A DNA stretch of 63,608 nucleotides, from the NCBI GenBank assembly GCA_026395995.1, contig JAPLXQ010000004.1, forward strand, positions 1 to 63,608. The letters are read 5' to 3'. A program made the translations under genes and the position numbers. Source of the stretch: Candidatus Nomurabacteria bacterium. Its GTDB lineage: Bacteria > Patescibacteriota > Minisyncoccia > Phycocordibacterales > UBA9973. Under the pieces are notes generated by a model, which was not told where the DNA came from, ran no database searches, and saw nothing but the letters and a program-made list of their open reading frames with translations. Shown here piece after piece: positions 1 to 9,515 of the stretch (the stretch's first letter is position 1; every line of letters begins with the position of its first letter).

Positions 1-45
1 GAGGTAAAAACTAAAAAAGTACATATCGAAAATAGTGCCGACAAA

Positions 46-432
46 ATGACAAAGTGGATCGGCTCTGCTTCTTCACTCATCGTCCATACAATAATTTTTG
101 CCAGCTGTTTTATTTCTATTTTACTCGGTGCACCTTTCGATCGTGTTATGCTAGTGCTCACTACGATAGTTTCCCTCGAAGCTATTTACCTTTCTATTTT
201 TATTCAAATGACCATAAATAGACACACAAAAGAATTGGAAGAGATTTCTGAAGATGTGGATGAAATTCAGGAGGATATCGATGAGATTCAGGAAGATGTC
301 GAAGAGATTTCTGAAGATGTGGATGAGATTCAAAAAGACGTTGATGAGATTCAAGAGGACGTCGAAAATATTGAAAAAGATGTCGACGAGATTCAAGAAG
401 ACGTCGAAGTTATCGAAGTAAAAGTGAAATAA
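46..432 (+). CDS. DUF1003-like small membrane protein with an acidic heptad-repeat tail
   Basis: 128-aa ORF with two N-terminal hydrophobic helices followed by about 9 copies of E[DE][VI][DE]EI[QS]. A hairpin terminator lies directly downstream. Confidence 0.6.
   Translation: MTKWIGSASSLIVHTIIFASCFISILLGAPFDRVMLVLTTIVSLEAIYLSIFIQMTINRHTKELEEISEDVDEIQEDIDEIQEDVEEISEDVDEIQKDVDEIQEDVENIEKDVDEIQEDVEVIEVKVK
232..417 (+). repeat. Tandem 21-nt (7-codon) imperfect repeats encoding EDVDEIQ-type units
   Basis: The unit ga(a/g)ga(t/c)gt(g/c)ga(t/a)ga(a/g)att ca(g/a) recurs at 21-nt periodicity through the 3' half of the ORF. Confidence 0.7.
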
Positions 433-437
433 AAAAA

Positions 438-464
438 CTGACACAATGCTGTGTCAGTTTTTTT
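438..464. terminator. Bidirectional intrinsic terminator between convergent genes
   Basis: Hairpin ctgacac-aatgct-gtgtcag, preceded by an A-run and followed by a T-run. Confidence 0.7.
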
Positions 465-472
465 ATAAATAA

Positions 473-1753
473 TTATTGTTTCATAGACTCAAAAGCATCA
501 GAGAGAATTTCAAGCATTTTATCATAATTTACAGTATCTTCCCTTTTAGAAAAGACATAAGCAGGTTTTTGTTTTGAATAAAAATACAAAAAGTTTCCAA
601 CAATCTCGATATTTAATTCAAAAGGTAAATCATAAATTTTTTCCATAAAATCAGGTGCTAGAAGTTCAAAAGAACTTATTTGGTCAGCCTTATCAGCCCA
701 AAGACAGAATTTTTTATTAAAATCATTACTCTCCGTCTCTATCCTACGCATTCCCCACGGAGCAAAATTAAATAACCATCTCTTTCTACGAACCAAAATA
801 TCTTTATATGAAATAGGTAAAACTATTTGGGCCACTATGTAATTAGTAGGATTATTTGTATTAGTATTTGGAATAAAAGTATAAAATTCAACAATTTTAT
901 TTTTATAATAACCAACGACATGGTTATTTATATCTGAATCCATAAAATTATTCTGACTAAATATAACGCCCTTATTAGGCATCATAAGCCAACCAAAATC
1001 AGGATCAAAAAAGAAATTATTTTTATCAGCAAAATCTTTAATTTCATTAAAAATACTGAGAGGACTTTCAGTTGCTTGCCTTATAAGATTCAATTTCCAG
1101 TCTTCACCTTCACGAACAAAATCCCAATATTCTACGAAGTAAGTCGAATCAACATACAATGTTTCTTTTGTATTGGTATCTATCAAAGAATCGTGTGCTT
1201 TAGCTAAAATAGTAGCAGTGAAAGTATCGTCCTTCTTTCCAGTCTTATCATTAATAGTCGTAATAGTTATATTATCAAGAACAATATCTTTCATTAGGTT
1301 TTGCCTATGTTCATTTTGTAAAACATTTAATTCAAGAACAATCCTTTTATAGTATCCTTCAGTCATATAGTCACGCATATTTTTTGGATTCAAATTACTC
1401 CAATCTTTTTGGAAAGAGAAAAATACTTCAGAAACTCTCTTGTTTAAAGAATCTTCTTTCCAACTTGAATCTGATGTACTAGCTTTAGCTATTTCTTTTT
1501 TTAATTCTTGAGCTTTTTTCTTGGCTTTAAGATTTGAATAATAAATTGAAATAACAATAACAGCAACGAGAATTGCACAGTTAACCAAAGAAAAAGGTCC
1601 AGATGAACCTCCGCCACCAGAACTACCAAAACTTCCCCCTCCACCACCACCGCCTCCACCTCCGCCACCAGAACCACCACCTCCTCCACGAGCAAAAGCT
1701 TCTGTAGACCAGAAGAAGATTAAACTTAAAATTGAAACAAATTTGTAACGCAT
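473..1753 (-). CDS. Membrane protein with poly-Gly linker, Tim44-like domain and DUF3137-like C-terminal domain
   Basis: 426 aa. It has a signal/TM segment, a G/S tract (GGGGGSGGGGGGGGGGGGSFGSSGGGG) and a second TM. The region DSSWKEDSLNKRVSEVFFSFQKDW...YYKR resembles bacterial Tim44-like proteins. The C-terminal NDFNKKFCLWADKADQISSFELLAPDFMEKI resembles DUF3137. Confidence 0.55.
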   Translation of the reverse strand: MRYKFVSILSLIFFWSTEAFARGGGGGSGGGGGGGGGGGGSFGSSGGGGSSGPFSLVNCAILVAVIVISIYYSNLKAKKKAQELKKEIAKASTSDSSWKEDSLNKRVSEVFFSFQKDWSNLNPKNMRDYMTEGYYKRIVLELNVLQNEHRQNLMKDIVLDNITITTINDKTGKKDDTFTATILAKAHDSLIDTNTKETLYVDSTYFVEYWDFVREGEDWKLNLIRQATESPLSIFNEIKDFADKNNFFFDPDFGWLMMPNKGVIFSQNNFMDSDINNHVVGYYKNKIVEFYTFIPNTNTNNPTNYIVAQIVLPISYKDILVRRKRWLFNFAPWGMRRIETESNDFNKKFCLWADKADQISSFELLAPDFMEKIYDLPFELNIEIVGNFLYFYSKQKPAYVFSKREDTVNYDKMLEILSDAFESMKQ

Positions 1754-1754
1754 A

Positions 1755-2696
1755 TTATTTATTTTTCCAAACTGCAGTATGAGCCATAGAGATTGCCCTA
1801 CCGCAAGATTTTTCTATTATGCACATTTCACCTTGTTCCACTGTACCAGCACAGTCAGCCATAATGGCGCGGAGTGCATGGCCGAGATTGAGTGATGATG
1901 AATCAGTTGAATATGAAGTTACAATTACGAAAAGTGGTTTATCAGAAAGAATATTTTTTACTCCATTTAAAAGTTGAGGAAGCATTTCTTCTATTTTCCA
2001 TGTCTCACCTTTTGGACCACGGCCGAATTTTGGTGGATCCATTATAACTGCATCATATTTATTTCCACGCTTTGCTTCTTTCTCAATAAATTTTAAACAA
2101 TCGTCTAGTAATATACGAAGTGGTTTCTCAGACAATCCAGAGAGTTCTTGATTCTCTTTTAATTTAGTCAGTGATTCTTTTGAAGCATCTATATGTGTAA
2201 CTTCTGCACCGGCCGACAAAGCAGACAAACTAGCGACTCCTGTATAACCGAAAAGGTTCAAGAATTTAACGGCGGGAAAAGGCAAGACCTTGGAATTCCC
2301 TAAGGTCTTGCCTTGAGGAGCTGTTCTCGATTTTATAGCTTCATATATAAAATCCCAATGACTTGCTTGTTCAGGAAAGAAACTTAAATGTCTAAATGAT
2401 GTCGGTGTCGCAAAAAATTTTATATCTCCATGTGCCATTACCCAATTTTTGGGTAATTTAGTCTTCATTTTCCAAGCTGGCTTTGCCCCCGCTTTTCCAG
2501 CAATAAAAACTCCGTCAGCTTTTTCCCATTCTTTTTTATCTAAAGTTTTATTCCAAACAGCATTTTCGTATGGACGAGCAAAAGTATAAGGACCAAATTT
2601 TTCGAGCTTTTGTCCTTCTCCTGTATCGAGTAATTCGTAGTCGCTCTTTGTTTTTGTATAAAATATTTTTATTTGATTTTCTGTTTCTTTTTGCAT
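1755..2696 (-). CDS. Class I SAM-dependent (rRNA large-subunit RlmI/RlmK-like) methyltransferase
   Basis: Motifs LNLFGYTGVASLSA (SAM motif I) and VIMDPPKFGRG. I prefer the internal ATG (MQKETENQ) at 2696, which abuts the upstream SET gene stop, over the ORF-track start at 2726. Confidence 0.7.
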   Translation of the reverse strand: MQKETENQIKIFYTKTKSDYELLDTGEGQKLEKFGPYTFARPYENAVWNKTLDKKEWEKADGVFIAGKAGAKPAWKMKTKLPKNWVMAHGDIKFFATPTSFRHLSFFPEQASHWDFIYEAIKSRTAPQGKTLGNSKVLPFPAVKFLNLFGYTGVASLSALSAGAEVTHIDASKESLTKLKENQELSGLSEKPLRILLDDCLKFIEKEAKRGNKYDAVIMDPPKFGRGPKGETWKIEEMLPQLLNGVKNILSDKPLFVIVTSYSTDSSSLNLGHALRAIMADCAGTVEQGEMCIIEKSCGRAISMAHTAVWKNK

Positions 2697-2697
2697 T

Positions 2698-3111
2698 TTA
2701 TTTATATAAATGTTTTTCGTTACCACATTTACAACCTTGAGGTTTTATATGTTCTTTATAGAAATCTTTACCATAATCATAGCCGAGCTCTTCACCTTTC
2801 GCTATTTTCTTTTTTGTAGAAATAAATATTCTCTTTTGTTTGATTTCTACCTCACAGTTTGGCTTACAATTATGATTTATATATCGAGCAGTGTTTTTTC
2901 TATTTGTTCCATCTATAGTTAGATTTTTGTTTATTTCAAACAAATACATTCCACCACGAGCAAAGGCTTCTTTTTCTGTCATTGCTTTACCTACGTATTC
3001 AATGACAAAATCTCCTTTATTAAGATCTTGATCCGCCACAAGGCCGAGTCCCGCCTTTGTCTTCTTCACTTTCACTTTCGCTGGTTGTAATTTTTGTATA
3101 TTTAATTTCAT
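2698..3111 (-). CDS. SET-domain protein (putative protein lysine methyltransferase)
   Basis: 137 aa with GLGLVADQDL, RYINHNCKPNC and ELGYDYG, plus a Cys-containing post-SET tail (CKCGNEKH). Confidence 0.8.
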   Translation of the reverse strand: MKLNIQKLQPAKVKVKKTKAGLGLVADQDLNKGDFVIEYVGKAMTEKEAFARGGMYLFEINKNLTIDGTNRKNTARYINHNCKPNCEVEIKQKRIFISTKKKIAKGEELGYDYGKDFYKEHIKPQGCKCGNEKHLYK

Positions 3112-3114
3112 AAT

Positions 3115-3744
3115 TTATATCTTAAAGTAATTTCTAATAATTTCAACTAATTCAACCGGTTGTTCTGCAAAAATAACTTCCTTTTCAAGAAAGTCAAAAT
3201 GTCTTCTTAATTGATAACCCCACAAAACTACCACGGAAGAGATATTAAGGCTTTTTGCTTCAAGCACATCTCCTACGGTATCAGTAATTAAAAGGCAGTC
3301 ATTCGGAAAAACTTTAAATTCTTTCAATATAAGATGAAATTTCTCTTCCTTACTAGCTATTTCTTTTCCATATATTTTTTGAAAATAGTGTGAAAATCCA
3401 TTTTTTTCAAGATAGTCTAAAATATTTTTTCCTGCGCTGGAAGAATTAATTACCATTATAAAATCATTTGATAATGCTTCTAGCACTTCTCTAATTCCAG
3501 GTACGGGAATAAGATTCATTTTTCTTGGCCAATAGTTTGTCTGTACAAATGTATCAAATTCTTCAGTAGTTCTTTCCTTTTTCTGTAATTTTGCAATTTC
3601 AACAAAAATATTACCATTAAAAAGATCTCGATGAAGATCTTCAGTTACATTTTCAAATTGATATTGTGTAAGCTCAAGCGCCATTTCTCGCGAATCAACG
3701 ATCACGCCATCAAAATCCCAGATAATTATTTTTTTATTTTGCAT
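3115..3744 (-). CDS. HAD-superfamily hydrolase (phosphatase)
   Basis: N-terminal motif I IIWDFDGVIVDS and distal motif ITDTVGD. Confidence 0.75.
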   Translation of the reverse strand: MQNKKIIIWDFDGVIVDSREMALELTQYQFENVTEDLHRDLFNGNIFVEIAKLQKKERTTEEFDTFVQTNYWPRKMNLIPVPGIREVLEALSNDFIMVINSSSAGKNILDYLEKNGFSHYFQKIYGKEIASKEEKFHLILKEFKVFPNDCLLITDTVGDVLEAKSLNISSVVVLWGYQLRRHFDFLEKEVIFAEQPVELVEIIRNYFKI

Positions 3745-3746
3745 AT

Positions 3747-4748
3747 TTATATTCTAAACTCTATTACATCCCCATCTTTTACGATATATTCTTTTCCTTC
3801 GGTACGGACTTTGCCGCGAGATTTTGCTTCAGCGTAACTGCCAGCATCGAGCAAATCTTTCCAAAATACGACTTCGGCACGGATGAATTTATCTTTAAAA
3901 TCAGTATGAATAGCCATACCTGCGACTGGTGCAGTGCTGTTCTTTTGTATAGTCCATGCGCGAGTTTCTTCTACTCCTGTCGTAAAATATGTTTCCAATC
4001 CTAGAAGTTCATAACTTTTTTTAATAAGATCTTCCAATCCTTTTTCAAAAATAGCATCTATTTGTACATACATTCCTGGAATTTGTGATGCGACTTTATC
4101 TACAACATTTTCTGCAACTTCAGAAGCATTAAGGGCGTACAATATCGGCTTCATTGAAAGTAAATGCATACTTTTTATTATTTCACTTTCTTTTTCATCT
4201 AAAATAGTTTCACTTGCGAGGTGTGATTCTGATAATGTCTTTTCTACTTTTAGTAAAACATCATGCTCCGCTACTGCAAGTTTATCAGCTCTTTTTACAT
4301 CTTTTTGTAAATTTGAAATTCTTTTTGAGACAGTTTCTAAATCAGCTAAAATTAATTCTAAATTAATTATTGAAATATCTTGCAATGGATCAACTTTATT
4401 TGCGACATGTATAATGTCTTTATCTTCGAATACACGCACTACTTCGAGTATCGCATCTACTTCACGAATATTTGATAGAAATTTATTTCCGAGACCTTCA
4501 CCTTTACTTGCACCTGCGACGAGTCCGGCAATATCTACGAATTCAACAACTGCTGGAATGGTACGATTTGTTTTAGAAAAATCAGCGAGTTTATAAAGCC
4601 TTTCATCTGGTACAGGTACGATACCAACAGATGGATCAATCGTACAAAATGGATAGTTTTCAGCTGGAACGCTTTTTTTTGTAAGCGCATTGAATAGCGT
4701 GGACTTTCCAACGTTTGGCAGACCTACAATTCCGATTGATAGTGACAT
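3747..4748 (-). CDS. ychF: Ribosome-binding ATPase YchF
   Basis: GIVGLPNVGKSTLFNALT P-loop, a TGS-like C-terminus (EGKEYIVKDGDVIEFR) and YchF-typical architecture. Confidence 0.9.
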   Translation of the reverse strand: MSLSIGIVGLPNVGKSTLFNALTKKSVPAENYPFCTIDPSVGIVPVPDERLYKLADFSKTNRTIPAVVEFVDIAGLVAGASKGEGLGNKFLSNIREVDAILEVVRVFEDKDIIHVANKVDPLQDISIINLELILADLETVSKRISNLQKDVKRADKLAVAEHDVLLKVEKTLSESHLASETILDEKESEIIKSMHLLSMKPILYALNASEVAENVVDKVASQIPGMYVQIDAIFEKGLEDLIKKSYELLGLETYFTTGVEETRAWTIQKNSTAPVAGMAIHTDFKDKFIRAEVVFWKDLLDAGSYAEAKSRGKVRTEGKEYIVKDGDVIEFRI

Positions 4749-4810
4749 CTTCTAAATATATCAGAAATAAGGATATATTCAAACTTTAAATAATATTATT
4801 AATATATTTT

Positions 4811-5188
4811 TTATTTAATAAATTCTTTAATTTTTAAAATAAGGTCTTCAAGCTTAATATCTGTCTTAACAAAGTAATAAAAAACTTCATGTTCTAATGC
4901 TTTATCTTTTTTATCTAAATCTGAGAAATTGGTTAGAATGATTACTTTAACATTTTTACCAAAACTATCATTGCGCAATCTTTTCAACATTTCAAGTCCA
5001 TCTATTTTTGGAAGATTTAAATCAAGCAAGATTAAATCTGGGTGTTTCTCTAAAGAAATAGAAAGACCCTCTTCACCATCTTTTGTAGTTAAAATTTCAA
5101 AACCTTCAAGCTCAAGCTTTCTTTGTAAAATATTTCGGTATGATTCTTCGTCTTCAACTATTAGAATTAATTTCTTTTGATTATTCAT
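4811..5188 (-). CDS. Stand-alone response-regulator receiver (CheY-like)
   Basis: 125 aa with LIVEDEES ... LILLDLNLPKIDG ... KVIILTN receiver motifs and no output domain. Confidence 0.85.
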   Translation of the reverse strand: MNNQKKLILIVEDEESYRNILQRKLELEGFEILTTKDGEEGLSISLEKHPDLILLDLNLPKIDGLEMLKRLRNDSFGKNVKVIILTNFSDLDKKDKALEHEVFYYFVKTDIKLEDLILKIKEFIK

Positions 5189-5254
5189 ATTTTTTTAAAT
5201 TCATATAATTTATATAAATAAAAACCCTTAATAAACTAACTATATCATAAAAAA

Positions 5255-5719
5255 TTAATTTGTTAACTCAGTCCAAGTCGAAGATGTTATTTCACCATTT
5301 TGTAAAGAGGCATCAGTCGTACCAGAGTCTAATACAACACTGACTTGCACACTCCTATTACTAGATTTCATTATCCCCTTAGAAGTAATAATTTTTGGAT
5401 CACCTGTCGTTCCAAGACCAGCAGAGACAGTAATCTTGGCACAATCAGTATTATTTGAACATCCATTGGTAATAAAATCTAAAGAGTAACAATCAGTAGT
5501 AGAGCAAGTATAATTTTTATTACGAGCAATACGTGTAAGAGCATCACGCGCACCTGCTTCAGCATAAAATAAAGCATTTGAAGATTGAGATGCTCCTTGT
5601 GAAATTAATAATTCATTAAAAGCCATAGAAGTAATACTCACAACAATAGCAAGAGTCATCATTCCGAGAATCATGACTGTCGGGAGTGTAGCTATTCCTT
5701 TATTGTTTAAAGTTTTCAT
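5255..5719 (-). CDS. PilX-like minor pilin / pilus assembly protein
   Basis: The N-terminal hydrophobic helix followed by ALFYAEAGARDALTRIARN is typical of PilX_N-type proteins. The gene lies in the pilin operon. Confidence 0.5.
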   Translation of the reverse strand: MKTLNNKGIATLPTVMILGMMTLAIVVSITSMAFNELLISQGASQSSNALFYAEAGARDALTRIARNKNYTCSTTDCYSLDFITNGCSNNTDCAKITVSAGLGTTGDPKIITSKGIMKSSNRSVQVSVVLDSGTTDASLQNGEITSSTWTELTN

Positions 5720-5737
5720 AAATTTATATTTAAATAA

Positions 5738-6262
5738 TTAATATACATTCACTGTTGTTTGTAATGATGTAGAATAAGACCAATCTGGACTAGTTGAATT
5801 ATAACCAAAAGTCATATTTATTTTAATTGCAATATTTGTTCTACTAAAAAGAGTGTTTATATTTTCAATTCTAGTAAAAGTAGGTGTACTTACTGTAATA
5901 TTTGGATTAGTCACACTCACAGGAGAAGCAACTCCTTCTTGTCTTCTCAAGACTCCTGCTGAAATATCATAAACAATGGTCGTACTATTTCTAATCAAAG
6001 TCAAAGTACTACTAGATCCACCAGATGCTGGCACAGAAATACTGGAAGCATTTTTTATATCTTGACGTAAAAGCTCAGTAGCAAAACGAATAGATGTATC
6101 AACTTCATTTCTCGCTTGAGATTGCCCACTACCTTTCGATAAAGAGATAAACATATTAGAAATGACAACCATAAGAATTCCCAAAATGGCTATGTATAAC
6201 AAAAGCTCTAAAAGAGTAAAACCACCCTTATACATATTTTTTTTTAAATTAAAATTTATCAC
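5738..6262 (-). CDS. Prepilin-type N-terminal cleavage/methylation domain protein (pseudopilin)
   Basis: KGGFTLLELLLYIAILGIL class III signal. The true start may be the MYKGGF Met at about 6235. Confidence 0.75.
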   Translation of the reverse strand: MINFNLKKNMYKGGFTLLELLLYIAILGILMVVISNMFISLSKGSGQSQARNEVDTSIRFATELLRQDIKNASSISVPASGGSSSTLTLIRNSTTIVYDISAGVLRRQEGVASPVSVTNPNITVSTPTFTRIENINTLFSRTNIAIKINMTFGYNSTSPDWSYSTSLQTTVNVY

Positions 6263-6275
6263 TTTTATATATTTA

Positions 6276-7184
6276 CTATGACGACCAATTTACAATGACT
6301 TTATTAATTGTCGGTGTATTCGAACCACCAGTCACACAATCATTTGAACAAATTTTAACTTTATAACGGAAATATCTTTTATTATTCCAATTAGAGACAC
6401 AACTAGTACCCTTTAATTCGATAGGACTATCTGGTCCAGTAGTCTCAAACCAATCAAGCGCACCACAAGTAGCTCCACCATAATAATTCCATGGACCAGT
6501 AGAAAGATTCGAAGCTGCAAGTTGAAATAAAACTTTTCCTTCATTAAAGCCAGCACCACCTAAAAGCCCTTTCCACATTATTGAATTGTACCCTATGCTT
6601 GTAGAGCTAGCTGTCGTATCAAAAACAGAAGAAGTAAGAACACCATTAGATAATAATACTGTACCAGCTGATGCAGTAGCACAAATTTTTGTAGCATATG
6701 CTGTAGTATTACCGACATGAGAATTCGTATTACTATTTATTGTACCAAGAGTAGTGTCGTATCCAGCACCAACACAAGTAGTAGGATCTGTAACATATCC
6801 TACCGAGACAGAGCCACCACTCGGCACAGAAATACAAGCATTATTTACATAACCAGTTTGGGTGTTTATTTGAGAATGGGCATTTGTTATACCACTTAAT
6901 ATCAAAGCTGTAGCACTTGGAGCTGTACAAGAATTACTCAATCCTGTCACTCCAGCACAGCAGACAACATTACTATTATAAGTCACAGTAGATTGACTCG
7001 GTAATTCAGCATGAGCATTACTACTACCCGACATTCTATAAATAACAGTGCCAGTACAAGCTGCTGATGTAGTCACAGAACAAGAAAGTGTACCTGCATA
7101 TACAATAGGTGCAAAAAAGAAAGACGCAATAGTTGCAGCTCTAAATATATATGAACCCAATTTTCTTGGTAATATTTTTTTCAT
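6276..7184 (-). CDS. Secreted Cys-rich, Ser/Thr/Gly-rich protein of unknown function (pilus-locus accessory)
   Basis: 302 aa with a signal peptide, about 20 Cys, and a recurrent [ST]N[AS]H motif (SSNAHAE, ITNAHSQ, NTNSHVG). No pilin signal. Confidence 0.5.
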   Translation of the reverse strand: MKKILPRKLGSYIFRAATIASFFFAPIVYAGTLSCSVTTSAACTGTVIYRMSGSSNAHAELPSQSTVTYNSNVVCCAGVTGLSNSCTAPSATALILSGITNAHSQINTQTGYVNNACISVPSGGSVSVGYVTDPTTCVGAGYDTTLGTINSNTNSHVGNTTAYATKICATASAGTVLLSNGVLTSSVFDTTASSTSIGYNSIMWKGLLGGAGFNEGKVLFQLAASNLSTGPWNYYGGATCGALDWFETTGPDSPIELKGTSCVSNWNNKRYFRYKVKICSNDCVTGGSNTPTINKVIVNWSS

Positions 7185-7205
7185 ATTTAAAAAAAATCAA
7201 AAATA

Positions 7206-8327
7206 CTAGTAATCTGATGATAAGTACACAGAAGCAATATCAAGACCTACAGCAAGTGCGGTCGTACCGTTAGAGCGCCATGCACGATGTGCCAGTAATG
7301 TTGTAGATAATGGAAGCTGTGTACCAGGTGTCGCAGCGGTTATCAAACCTTCACATGAAGCCTGAGCCGGGACATTTAATCTTGTAAGTTTGTATCCGAC
7401 TGTATTGTTTGCAGCAGGAGAAGCAAATAAAATTAATTCATACATATCTGTAGATAATGTATTTTTCGGGAAGTTAACACCACAATCAATTCTTGTTTGA
7501 GCCGCTGATCCACCGTAAAAAATTTTCATATTCGCGTCAGCGGTTGCATAACCTGCTCCTATACTATTTAGTAATGTTCCCGGATCAACGTTTGTTGGAG
7601 CTGCCACAGTAGATGACATTCCTACAAACATCTGAGCATTGGCGACTGCCGCAGCATCACTTATTCCAAAACGTGCAACATAAAAAAATCCACCCAACCC
7701 TGTTCCATCACCTATTGTATTTTGGGCGACAGGAACATAATGCCCAGTCACAGATGCTGCTGTGGCAGCAGATACATAACCCAATCTCTTAACACGAGTG
7801 AACATGCTTGTAGTAGCTACAGTTCTAGCAGTCACAGTACCGACAGCGGTCGGTGCAGTAAAACCAAAAACTCCAGGAAGTGTCGTAGCATTACCTGGTG
7901 GATTCCAAAGCCCGACCTTGTCTTGAGCAATTAACGGCTGTATAGGAAAATCAATACCAGATGGTCCAACAAATTTTGGCATAATTCTTCCTGCAATACT
8001 TTTCATATAAATAATTCCATTTCCAGCACTTGGAGCAGAAGGTTCAGTTGTGATTGCTTTCATTGTAATACCTGTATCTGTACCATTAAAAATTAATTTA
8101 TTTGTTGTCTTATTCCAAGATAGATCTGCATCAGCACCCAATACCCCAGCATCATTGAACTGTATATTTGTATCTACACCAGCTGGTTCTATTTCAGTAT
8201 ATGTATGGCCTGGATTAGGGGCAACACCAAGAACGACTTTTGTTACAGAAAAAGCAATACAGAAAACCAGTAATACCGACAAAACTAAATTAAATTTATT
8301 CTTCATATTTTTATTAAAAAAATTCAT
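7206..8327 (-). CDS. N-terminally anchored Ala/Gly/Thr-rich extracellular protein (pilus-locus accessory, possible adhesin)
   Basis: 373 aa with one N-terminal TM and no prepilin motif. Its GC looks higher than its neighbours. Confidence 0.5.
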   Translation of the reverse strand: MNFFNKNMKNKFNLVLSVLLVFCIAFSVTKVVLGVAPNPGHTYTEIEPAGVDTNIQFNDAGVLGADADLSWNKTTNKLIFNGTDTGITMKAITTEPSAPSAGNGIIYMKSIAGRIMPKFVGPSGIDFPIQPLIAQDKVGLWNPPGNATTLPGVFGFTAPTAVGTVTARTVATTSMFTRVKRLGYVSAATAASVTGHYVPVAQNTIGDGTGLGGFFYVARFGISDAAAVANAQMFVGMSSTVAAPTNVDPGTLLNSIGAGYATADANMKIFYGGSAAQTRIDCGVNFPKNTLSTDMYELILFASPAANNTVGYKLTRLNVPAQASCEGLITAATPGTQLPLSTTLLAHRAWRSNGTTALAVGLDIASVYLSSDY

Positions 8328-8391
8328 ATTCTATTAATTATAATAACTACATGCATTATACTTCTTTTAAAGAAGTATCTCAATTGAAAAT

Positions 8392-9018
8392 TTATTGCAA
8401 CTTAATCACACCAGTACTAACATCAATATTAGAGTCTTTAATATCATAGCTAGCATCTGTGCAATTTTTTACAGTATTCCCAGAACCACCAGTCGTCCAA
8501 GCATTTTGACCACATATCTTATTTTTCCATCTAAAAAAGTATTCATAGGTCGTAAAAGAATTTCCACCAGACCAAGAGACAACAGCAGTAACTTTTTGCG
8601 TACTTGGATCATCATCACTAGAAATATAAGTATTTTCTATGTCACGAGTAGTAGCATCACGGCTCACATTATCTATTGTAATATATCTTGTATAAGTAAT
8701 GCCGTTTAAAATGACGGTACCATCACCACTAGATAATATCCATTTACCACTAGATTGTGTCGGATAATAATGCGCAATACTTTTTGTTAAACCATAAATA
8801 TTTTGCCAATCTTCTTCTGTGACAGCTCTGACAGCTTCAATCTCTTCAGAAGCAAGAGAACTAGAAACATCACGTTCACCAGAAACCCTATTACTTTTCA
8901 TGCTTAAAAAAATAGCATTTGCACTAAAAGATAAAATTACAGCCAATATAGAAATAACGATCAATAGTTCAAGTAAAAGCGAACCAGTATTTCTTTTTAT
9001 TTTATTAAATTTATTCAT
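8392..9018 (-). CDS. Prepilin-type N-terminal domain protein (minor pilin)
   Basis: NTGSLLLELLIVISILAVIL signal. The start is taken at MNKFNKIKR (9018), which removes the overlap with the upstream gene. Confidence 0.7.
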   Translation of the reverse strand: MNKFNKIKRNTGSLLLELLIVISILAVILSFSANAIFLSMKSNRVSGERDVSSSLASEEIEAVRAVTEEDWQNIYGLTKSIAHYYPTQSSGKWILSSGDGTVILNGITYTRYITIDNVSRDATTRDIENTYISSDDDPSTQKVTAVVSWSGGNSFTTYEYFFRWKNKICGQNAWTTGGSGNTVKNCTDASYDIKDSNIDVSTGVIKLQ

Positions 9019-9031
9019 TATTTTTAAAAAA

Positions 9032-9514
9032 TTATTGAACTTTAATACCACCAATAATAGAAACACTAATAGCTTTAGTTGTACTACCAGAAGAAATAGT
9101 TACAGAAGAAGCAGTCGCTGATCCAGATATTTTATTAAAAATAATATCTTTTGAAGAGCTAGTAGCTGGATCGGTAAAGATAATATTATTCGGTAAATAA
9201 AATGTAAAAGCAATAACTTTCAATACATTACTATAATCTGTAGGAGTTGAGAAAATTTCATAATAGTCAGTAGCTCCGTTTACAAAATGAATTCCCCATT
9301 TAAAACTCCCCTCACCTATCATAGATTTTGATTGTGCTTGTTTTAAATTAAAATTTATATTTTGAGCAGTAGAATTTATTTCTACGTTTTTATTATAATT
9401 AATATAAAAACTAGAACCAATACCTGCAATTACTCCTAATATTGCAAAAACAATCAATAATTCAAGCAAAGAAAAACCTTTTTTAAAGTTTTTCCAATGA
9501 AAAACTTTTTTCAT
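9032..9514 (-). CDS. Prepilin-type N-terminal domain protein (minor pilin)
   Basis: KKGFSLLELLIVFAILGVIAG. The start is taken at MKKVFHW (9514). Confidence 0.75.
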   Translation of the reverse strand: MKKVFHWKNFKKGFSLLELLIVFAILGVIAGIGSSFYINYNKNVEINSTAQNINFNLKQAQSKSMIGEGSFKWGIHFVNGATDYYEIFSTPTDYSNVLKVIAFTFYLPNNIIFTDPATSSSKDIIFNKISGSATASSVTISSGSTTKAISVSIIGGIKVQ

Positions 9515-9515
9515 A

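Noticed and set aside
1501-1695. 64-aa ORF rich in V/E/L overlapping the poly-Gly region
   Set aside because: It is an alternate frame of the ggtgg/ccacc simple repeat within the 426-aa membrane protein gene.
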